From Reclinomonas americana ATCC 50394 (Eukaryota), in NCBI GenBank assembly GCA_048213135.1, contig PS015026.1, forward strand, positions 262,093 to 295,208: a DNA stretch of 33,116 nt. The letters run 5' to 3'. A program made the translations under genes and the position numbers. This document shows, piece by piece, positions 25,036 to 33,116 of the stretch. A model generated the notes under the pieces. It did not search any database, was not told the origin of the DNA, and worked only from the letters and a program-made list of their open reading frames with translations. How positions within the stretch are numbered: the stretch's first letter is position 1; every line of letters starts with the position of its first letter.

Positions 25036-26828
25036 TTATGCTGGTGTCACCAGCCGTAACCTCCGTTCTTCGCACTGATCGCGCTCCGATTCAACGAGCC
25101 ACAGTTCGGGGTACTGTGTGTGTGTGTACGTGTGTGACCAACCGACTTCGCGCACGACACGCAGCGGTGCACAATAACTCACCATCTCGCGCACTTTGTT
25201 GATCTTCTCGTCGTGCGACTTGAGAAAGTTCCAGTGCGCGGCGTCGACCTGCGCCAAGTTCTTGCTGTACTTTACCAGATCTTCGCGCTTGCGGAAGAGG
25301 AACCATCCTGGACGCGAGGCAGAAATTGATTGAGAAACAGTTGTGTGTGCACATCAGCAATCTCCTCACCGCTCGGATAGCGAATCACATTGAGTGTACA
25401 CACGCGCAGCTCCGTGTCCCCGGTGAACGTGGGCAGCGAGGCACTGCGCAGATGCTGTGCGGCCCAGTGATGGCGATCGCGAATCTCGACGGGTGTGGCG
25501 TCGCCCATGTAGGTCGTGGCCTTCAACACCTCTGCGATGCGCGGGTTTAGCGAGCTTGAAGATGCAGTGGCGGCGCACGCGCGCACGCACGCACGCACGC
25601 ACCTTGCATGGCGACTTGGTCGTTGCGATCCTGAAACTCACGTGAATCATTCGCTCGAATCCACTCCTCCATGAAGCGCTCGGTGCGGGCATTGGATATC
25701 GCGAACCACGTCCCGCAGTTGAACATGGCTGCAGTAAGGGTGAGTGAGTGTCCCCACATGGGAGGACTCAACGGCAGCGGCATGAGTTGCGAGCGCAACT
25801 CGGAGGCGAAAACGAAAAGTCGAAATCCTCTCGCACACCCGACCCGTGCTCCTCGTCGATCGCAAACGCCACGTCGCACTGATCCATGTCGGGAAAGTAG
25901 CGCACCGGCTTCACAAACGTCACATCGGCATCGGTGTGGAACACGGCATATCCACGGCGGATCTGCACGGCACGGGCGAGTGAGTGAGAGACAGACGATC
26001 GAAAAGTGTCGCGAGGCGATCGACCACCACACCATGTGCAACAGCAGCGGCTCACGCGACTTGCCGGCGGCGTTGTAGCGCTTCGTGTCAAACGTGTGCA
26101 CCTCCTCGTCCATGTCGAACCAGTCAAAGTCGTAAAACACTGCCAGACGACCCGGAGACGAGTACCTAGAGAATGAAACAAGGACAAAGGTGAGCGGGGA
26201 TGAGAAGGCGGCATGCAACGACATGAGCCGAGAACCGTGCAGCAAAGGTCTCGGCGGTGGCACGCGTGGTCACCAGCACGACAATACCAAACGTCTTGTC
26301 CATCTCGTGCTTGAGCACCGAGCACAGCCTGCACTGCGTCATGAGCGATGATGCGAACACCTTGTTGGGAGATTGCTCACTCACCAGTTCTCTAGGAAAT
26401 CCTGAAAGGCCGCCGAGCCATCGACCACAAGCAGAGGAGAATGCCGCGGAAACTGACTCAGAATGCGATCCAAGTGCTCCACCACCGTCGCCGGAAGATC
26501 CACCGGGAACGATACTGCAAATCTGCGATCAGCAATGTGCAAGGAAGGATGACACGTGGGCCCTCTCCGGCACTCAACATCTCTCATCGCCACGCACTGG
26601 TGGCGACGTCGGCACCTTGCCTCTCACTCGCGTCACCCAACGTCGCGCCGCCTGCACCTCTCTCGCCACCAGACCATCTCTGTCCTTCTCCGCAGCAGTC
26701 GACGATGCACTGCCTCCATTGCCGCTGAACAGCAGCACAAAGAGCACAACCAGAGCCAGAAGCACAATGGCCACCAGTGTGCAACATGCGCGTCGGCATG
26801 GGCGAGACGCGCCACTGCTCACAAGCAT
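25036..26828 (-). CDS. Nucleotide-diphospho-sugar transferase (GT77/PF03407-like), type II membrane protein, paralog B
   Basis: TM segment LVAIVLLALVVLFVLLF; DFLENWLCS; VFHTDADV; FNCGTWF; RNDQ; YPSG; AHWNF..HDEKINKVRE..LWLVE; TAA at 25036. Start is ATG 26828 or the in-frame upstream ATG 26879. Confidence 0.85.
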
Positions 26829-26894
26829 CTGTGGTGAGGGGTTCGGATTTTCATAGTCGTTTTTCGCGCCCACTCTCATTTTTTCGTTGGCGAG

Positions 26895-28698
26895 ATGGCA
26901 TCATCGTCGTCGTCATCAGTGGAAGACTGCTCATTGGAGTGGCTTCCACTGGAAGGCAATGGCGACAAGCGCGTGCCTGCTGTTGCGTGCCTTGCTTGCA
27001 CTCAAGTCATCAGTGGTTACATCACACTGAACTGATCGTCGTATCGTTGTAGACACTGGTCAGTGTGAAGCAACTGCAGGCGGCGCATCGTCGCGCAGAG
27101 AGGCAAGTGGGGGCGAAGCATGCGACCACGCTGCACCACATGCTGCACTGGTTGTGGGAGGCTGTGCGCGTGCAGGAGACCATCGAGTCGGCGGTGCAGC
27201 TGCGCGATCTGTACCGCGCGCAGTGTGCGTGTGAGCAGGTGGGCGCGATGCATGCGGATGCGCTGCGCACGAGGTACTTGCAGGCGTGGTTGATGGTGCT
27301 GGAGCGGCGCTTTGATGAGGCGCGCAAGGAGCTGCGTGAGCTGTATGCGGCGCAGAGGCGGCGACTGGGCGCGCTGCATGCGGACACACTGCGCACACTG
27401 TGCTTGGTGACTGCGGTGATCATCTTTGGCGATCTGGACTACAAGACTGCGCGACGACTGGTCGATCGCCTGGAGCGCACGGTGCGAGTGTGTGTGGAAG
27501 ATGATCTGCGCAGCTTGCTCGTTGCTGAGAGAATGTGAGTTGTCTTTGGTGCAGGTTCGCGACTTGTTTGGGGAGCAATGTACGCTCTTTGCCGATGTGG
27601 CGTACTATGCGGGCTGCGTGGCGGAGCACGAGCGGAGCTTTGGCGAGGCGCGCTCGCTCTTCTCGCTCTCAATGGCCGTGTACTCGCGGCTGTGTGGCGA
27701 CGCGCATCCGGCCACGTGGCGGTGCCGTCTGCGTATGGCGTCCATGGCGTTTCAGGAGGTGGGTTGCGGAGAGAGAGAGAGAGAGATCGCTTGTGGAGTG
27801 AGCACTCACATGGCTTGCAGGAGAACACGGCCGTCGCCGACTCACTGTACGCCGACTTGCTTCGCCAGTCGGAGATTGCGGCGTCGTCGCACCCCGATCG
27901 GTGTGTGCCTGCCTCTCTGCCACCTCTGGCTGCGTCGATTGCTGACTGGCGGTGTGCGCAGGGTGGCCATTCGGCAGTCTGCCGCCGCCTTTGTGTCGCA
28001 GGTGCATGCGCAGATCGACGTGGCCGACGGGTACATTCGGGAAAACATCACCGCGTGCACCGGCACATACGGCGACGAGCACCCACTCACGCTCTCGTCG
28101 CTCTCCAATCGAGCCATGCTGTGCATGGTGGCTGGCGACAATGACGGGTCGCGCGAGATCCTGCTCCGCCTGCTCCGCGTGCAAGACGCCGTGCTGGGAT
28201 CCGATGTTGCGCGCAGAGACAAATGATGAAAAATATGATGGTCGCGATTACTCATCGCCCTTTTCGCCGCAGCACCGTGACACACAACTGACGCTATTCC
28301 GCCTCATGACGATTGCTCGTGAGCGCGGCGACAAGCGCGATGCCGAGGAGTACCTGGGACGTATTCGGGCCAACGCCGAGGCCATGGAAGACCGCATGTC
28401 GCGCAGCCGGCAGGTGGCACTCAAAGCCGCCAAGGAGTCGGGCATGCCGTGCCTGTTCCCGCCGCAGGTGGACCGCCTGTTCAGCACTGAGGAGCGGGAT
28501 GGCGGTGACGATGACGAGGAGGGACTGGAGCATGGCCACGGTGAGGATGGCGACTGTGCGACGTGCGCACGCACCAAGCCCAACATGGCCAATCGGTCGC
28601 TGGCGGGCCGTCTGATCACCATTGGCTTCCTGCCGCTCATTCTCGTGGTGCTCGCCGTGCTGTTCCGCAAGTACTGGTTGCCCAACTCCTTGATGTGA
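26895..28698 (+). CDS. TPR-repeat protein (kinesin-light-chain-type ~42-aa repeats) with a C-terminal transmembrane anchor
   Basis: Repeated G.xH..T motifs (VGAKHATTL, VGAMHADAL, LGALHADTL, CGDAHPATW, YGDEHPLTL, LGSDHRDT); terminal LITIGFLPLILVVLAVLF-RKYW. Confidence 0.8.
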
Positions 28699-28820
28699 AG
28701 AGGGAAAAAACCCCAACGAAAGTGGCGTCGAGACATTGATTACAAAAACATGCCGGTGTCATTCATTTTTCATTGGGGCAACAAACATTCTATGGCACAA
28801 AATTTTTTCCTCTCCCTTCC

Positions 28821-30758
28821 TCATCGAGCACGAGCGGGACTGCTCGCAACATCTGCTGCGTGCAGGTACGACGAAGGCGACTGGCCGATGGAGCCGACAT
28901 GGGAACGGAGGATTTCCATGAGGTGCGCATTGCGCTTCCGTTCCACGTCGAGCTGCGTCTCGGCATCCGCCTTCTCCCGCTCCAGTCGCGCAACGCGAGA
29001 CTCGAGCAGAGTGACCCTCTCGCTGATGCACTGCGTTTGCATCGTGGCCATGAGCGCCTCCAGCGCCGCCACGCGCTTCTCCACGGCACCACTGGCCGCC
29101 GGCGAAAACAGCGAGGATGACGCCATTTGGTCTCCAGCACGCGGACTCCTGCCGCTGTTGCTGCCACTGCCAGCACCGGATGGCGACAGCCGCGGCAGTG
29201 AGGCACGGCGAGTCAGCTTGTGTGGTGAGAGCAATCCGGCTCCGCTGTCGCCGCCCTCGGCAAACGACACTTGAATGGACCGACGGCGAGTCGACTGAGC
29301 GCCCGGCGTCATGAACCCAGGCGTGCGCGGCGACAGCGTGCCCACCGACCACGTGTCCTCCGAGTCGGCCTCCACATCGATCGACAGCTGCGGGCGACCG
29401 TCGCCCTCTCCATCGCCACCATCCTCTTCGCCGTCCTCGTGTCGGTTGGCGTACGCCTCAATGATGCGCTGCGCCGTCGTCACCTGCGTGTCGGTGATCG
29501 TGGCATACAGTTCCGCGTCCTCAAACGGCGCCAACTCGTGCAGCGTCACCGACGCCGGGTCAACCACCAGATCGGTGCTGCGCGTCAGATCGAACTGCGG
29601 TCGGCGCGGCGGGTTGTCGTTCTCGTTCCACGCATAGTCAAACGAGTGCAACAGACGGGCCTCCAGAGTGCGCGCATTCGCCAGTGTGGCGGTGCACGGC
29701 ACCGAGCCAGTGACACAGTAGCGCACCCAGATCTCGAGTCCGCTCTCCAGTGCGTCGCACATCAGGCGCCTGTGCATGTGGGGAGGGAGGGAGAGGAGGA
29801 GGAGGTGAGTGTTGGCGACCTCAGCAGATTTCTTCTTTCTTGCGCGCATGTCGCACCTGAGCTTGTCGTTGCTGCAGGCATTGTAGTACAGCGACGAGAC
29901 GCGATAGCCGAGGACCGAGCAGGCGCGCACATAACACACACCCCAGCTGTCGGTCTCCACATCGTGCACGGCGAGCTCGACCACACCCGGCTGCTCCGGC
30001 GCCTTGATGCCCTGATTGTCGACCACGGGGCGGCGGCGATTCGACATGCGATCAAAGCGCAGACCACGCTCACGCAGCGACGGGCCATCCTCGGACGACA
30101 GCAGGCGCTGCCAGTTGGCAAACTGCCAGCCGCTCTGATCCAGCACCGCATCGGCATACTTTTCGCGCAAGTACCGCCGACGCAGACGCAAGCCGCCCGC
30201 CGTCTTGAAGAACGTCAGGCCGCAGTCGCCCTCCAGATGCACGCCCAGCGCACCAGCATACGTGCCAATGACAATACCCCAGCGGGCATCGGAGAGCTGC
30301 TGCACGCGGTCGCCCGGCTTCACTTGCCACTCGGCTAGGCACTTGTCGGCCTCCGTGTGCATCTCATACGCCTGGCCCGTCTTGCTGCAATAGGTGCACT
30401 TGGAGGCGCCTTCCGTGGGCACAATACGCACTCGGCGCAAGCGGTAAAATTCCTCGTGAGCGCGCACTCCGCGGTAGCATCGCGCGCCGCCTTCGCCGTC
30501 AAACTGAAAGTACAACTCGCCATCGTCGACTCCGACGCCCACAATGGTGGCCAGACGCGAGATGTTCTCCTCAGTGAGGTGCTCCTGCGCGCGTGGCAAT
30601 GTGGTGAGTGACTGAGAGAGGGAGAGGGAGAGAGAGTGGGGAGACGCAACAATCACGTTGACGACTTGTCCGCGTCGGAAAAAGTCACCAAAGCGCAGGC
30701 ACGCGGCATCCGACGTGCGCACTGGGATGATCTGTCCTTCAGTAGTGCAGTACTGCAT
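28821..30758 (-). CDS. Uncharacterised protein with N-terminal beta-rich (SH3-like) repeats and a C-terminal coiled coil
   Basis: 645-codon ORF containing two probable in-frame introns (~30585-30656 and ~29770-29845). Two similar repeat units near the N-terminus; heptads VEKRVAALE..LESRVARLEREK. Confidence 0.75.
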   Translation of the reverse strand: MQYCTTEGQIIPVRTSDAACLRFGDFFRRGQVVNVIVASPHSLSLSLSQSLTTLPRAQEHLTEENISRLATIVGVGVDDGELYFQFDGEGGARCYRGVRAHEEFYRLRRVRIVPTEGASKCTYCSKTGQAYEMHTEADKCLAEWQVKPGDRVQQLSDARWGIVIGTYAGALGVHLEGDCGLTFFKTAGGLRLRRRYLREKYADAVLDQSGWQFANWQRLLSSEDGPSLRERGLRFDRMSNRRRPVVDNQGIKAPEQPGVVELAVHDVETDSWGVCYVRACSVLGYRVSSLYYNACSNDKLRCDMRARKKKSAEVANTHLLLLSLPPHMHRRLMCDALESGLEIWVRYCVTGSVPCTATLANARTLEARLLHSFDYAWNENDNPPRRPQFDLTRSTDLVVDPASVTLHELAPFEDAELYATITDTQVTTAQRIIEAYANRHEDGEEDGGDGEGDGRPQLSIDVEADSEDTWSVGTLSPRTPGFMTPGAQSTRRRSIQVSFAEGGDSGAGLLSPHKLTRRASLPRLSPSGAGSGSNSGRSPRAGDQMASSSLFSPAASGAVEKRVAALEALMATMQTQCISERVTLLESRVARLEREKADAETQLDVERKRNAHLMEILRSHVGSIGQSPSSYLHAADVASSPARAR

Positions 30759-31711
30759 GTGGTGACGTCTCTCTCGTTCTCCTCAAACACACAATGACCA
30801 GTGCACCGAAAAACGACATTGCGGTTTTTTTGTCGGGGAGCGAAGTTTTTTGTCCTGTCGACGCTTTTGATGGCTCGGTTGTGGATTCTTGCACAGAGAA
30901 AGCCAGGCCCGTGACTCGCACTGGCGACGTGTGAGTAGTGCGATCACAAGCGGGACCGAATTCAAACCGGGGGAAACGAGTTCGAGTTCGAGTTCAAACG
31001 GATGGATTTTGTGGACGTGGAAGTCGACCTCCAAGTCGAGCGATCCGCAGCGTCAAATACGGGCGAAGCTAGTCAGCTGTTCATGTCTGGTCTGGTCGCA
31101 GACGTGGATTTCGAAGCCGGGCATATATATCGACGATATCGGCCGCGGGTCTTCCGATATCGATTTTCTGTCGCGCTCACCGAACCTTCGTGTATGGAAC
31201 GGTATCGGCGTGATCACCCACCAGTGTGTTGTAGTTTGAATCAGCAAAGCTGTCGTTGATGATGCAGTTGCTGATATTCTGACGTCAAATAATCGCAAAG
31301 ATGCTGTCGGGATGTCGAGTAATATCGGAAATCGCGATCGGACCGACCGAGTTCGCCAACCATTTCCGGGTACAGAGAGAATCACGCCGCGGCCACTCCT
31401 GCCTCCTGCAGGAAGAACACCATCCCACCTCCCGAACACACGGTGCCGCACAGCAATTCGGAAAGCAGAAAAACTCGCCTCTTGAATCCGACCGTTACGC
31501 TGGGCGGAATTTTCATTTTGTCAGTGCTGTACCTGTTCGTTGCGCGCGCACGCGTGCCTCTCATCACACACACACTTGTGCACTCGCGCGACAGACAGAC
31601 AGACACACGCGCACGCGCATACGTACGTACATAGAGAGAGAAACACACACACACAGTGCTCCTCCACACACACGCGCGCGCGCTTTGACAGAGGCGTGCT
31701 GGTGAGAAGAA

Positions 31712-33116
31712 ATGCATCAGCGCGCTCGTCGACCGCGCATGCGGTCGGTGCTGGAGCAGCACGCTGGGGGCTTTGATGACGACGATGGGTACGTCGATGC
31801 GGGTGGAGGCGCAGCCACAGCAGCAGGAGGCGCAGGCATGGTGGCGGCCAGTGACAGTTCAGATGGTGGTGTGGGTGGCTCACCGCCGTCCTCGCGACGC
31901 GGTCGCCAACGAGAGCATCACGTGCAACGACAACTTCAGCAGCCGCCGCCTACACAAGGTGCGCCGCGACCAGTTGCGGCAAAGGCGGTGGCGGCGAGTG
32001 CAACAATCCCTCCCACGGCGGCCGCCTTGGCCAAGAGTGGTGGGCNNNNNNNNNNNNNNNNNNNNNNNNNNNNNNNNNNNNNNNNNNNNNNNNNNNNNNN
32101 NNNNNNNNNNNNNNNNNNNNNNNNNNNNNNNNNNNNNNNNNNNNNNNNNNNNNNNNNNNNNNNNNNNNNNNNNNNNNNNNNNNNNNNNNNNNNNNNNNNN
32201 NNNNNNNNNNNNNNNNNNNNNNNNNNNNNNNNNNNNNNNNNNNNNNNNNNNNNNNNNNNNNNNNNNNNNNNNNNNNNNNNNNNNNNNNNNNNNNNNNNNN
32301 NNNNNNNNNNNNNNNNNNNNNNNNNNNNNNNNNNNNNNNNNNNNNNNNNNNNNNNNNNNNNNNNNNNNNNNNNNNNNNNNNNNNNNNNNNNNNNNNNNNN
32401 NNNNNNNNNNNNNNNNNNNNNNNNNNNNNNNNNNNNNNNNNNNNNNNNNNNNNNNNNNNNNNNNNNNNNNNNNNNNNNNNNNNNNNNNNNNNNNNNNNNN
32501 NNNNNNNNNNNNNNNNNNNNNNNNNNNNNNNNNNNNNNNNNNNNNNNNNNNNNNNNNNNNNNNNNNNNNNNNNNNNNNNNNNNNNNNNNNNNNNNNNNNN
32601 NNNNNNNNNNNNNNNNNNNNNNNNNNNNNNNNNNNNNNNGTGAGCGCGACGCCACCTACGAGGATGAGTTTGAGCGTGAGTACGATGACGATGACGAGGA
32701 GGAGGAGGGACAGCGAGACGAGGACGACGACGAGAGATCAGCAGCACAGCGACGTCGAGGACCGCCCACTGCAGGCGGTCCAACTGCCAGCCCCGGTTCC
32801 GTCATGGTGACCGTGGTGCCGCCGTCCACCTACTATGATATTAGAAGAGGCGAGAGTGATGGCGCGAGTGGCGGCGTGCCCATGGCTGTCCAGAGAGCAA
32901 GACGAAATTCGTACGTGCAAGACCTGACAACGGCCACGACCAAGCGGAAGCCTCCATCACAGCAGGCTGCGGGTCTTATTGAGATGAAGTTGCGTGTGTC
33001 ACGGAGGGGCGGGGGGCGCGTTTCGATATCTGACACATTGCGTTTTATTGTGTTGTCGCAGATGTGTCGTGTTTGGCGACAGGGGCACTGGCAAGAGCAG
33101 CCTGTGCACGAGGTTT
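31712..33116 (+). CDS. Ras-superfamily small GTPase domain protein with a long low-complexity N-terminal extension (3'-truncated, gapped)
   Basis: Intron 32989-33061 (GTTGCGT...CGCAG) joins LIEM to KCVVFGDRGTGKSSLCTRF, a beta1 plus G1/P-loop GxxxxGKS. Upstream frame is open from ATG 31712 on both sides of gap 32046-32639. Confidence 0.75.
   Translation, partial: MHQRARRPRMRSVLEQHAGGFDDDDGYVDAGGGAATAAGGAGMVAASDSSDGGVGGSPPSSRRGRQREHHVQRQLQQPPPTQGAPRPVAAKAVAASATIPPTAAALAKSGGXXXXXXXXXXXXXXXXXXXXXXXXXXXXXXXXXXXXXXXXXXXXXXXXXXXXXXXXXXXXXXXXXXXXXXXXXXXXXXXXXXXXXXXXXXXXXXXXXXXXXXXXXXXXXXXXXXXXXXXXXXXXXXXXXXXXXXXXXXXXXXXXXXXXXXXXXXXXXXXXXXXXXXXXXXXXXXXXXXXXXXXXXXXXXXXXXXXXXXXERDATYEDEFEREYDDDDEEEEGQRDEDDDERSAAQRRRGPPTAGGPTASPGSVMVTVVPPSTYYDIRRGESDGASGGVPMAVQRARRNSYVQDLTTATTKRKPPSQQAAGLIEMKLRVSRRGGGRVSISDTLRFIVLSQMCRVWRQGHWQEQPVHEV
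32046..32639. other. Assembly gap
   Basis: Run of N. Confidence 1.

Noticed and set aside
31369-31470. U6 snRNA-like TACAGAGA followed by loosely similar downstream sequence
   Set aside because: The invariant AGATTAGC/ISL spacing is absent; U6 is too conserved for this to qualify.
1-33116. Prokaryotic systems (CRISPR, operons, SMC-based Wadjet defence), tRNA or rRNA genes
   Set aside because: Spliceosomal introns occur throughout, the SMC is eukaryotic SMC6, and no repeat-spacer array or recognisable tRNA/rRNA was seen.

Overview
Gene-dense, intron-rich eukaryotic (protist-like) genomic scaffold using the standard code, with short GT-AG introns (mostly ~55-95 nt, often carrying CA/GA microsatellites) and four N gaps. 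It holds about 13 spliced genes, several head-to-head or tail-to-tail with under 130 bp between start or stop codons. Recognisable genes are SMC6 (minus, 3458-9075), a divergent RPA1/MEIOB-like three-OB-fold protein, two convergent GT77-like glycosyltransferase paralogs, a tail-anchored TPR protein and a Ras-superfamily GTPase truncated by the window end. The rest are coiled-coil or uncharacterised proteins. Main observations: (1) a recurrent 5' splice-site class GTTGCG(T/C)/GTTTCGT lacking the usual +5 G, at 16 hand-inferred introns; (2) the middle of SMC6 (5824-6612) is inverted between two N gaps and rejoins both flanks in frame when flipped. All exon structures were inferred by eye and no database searches were run.
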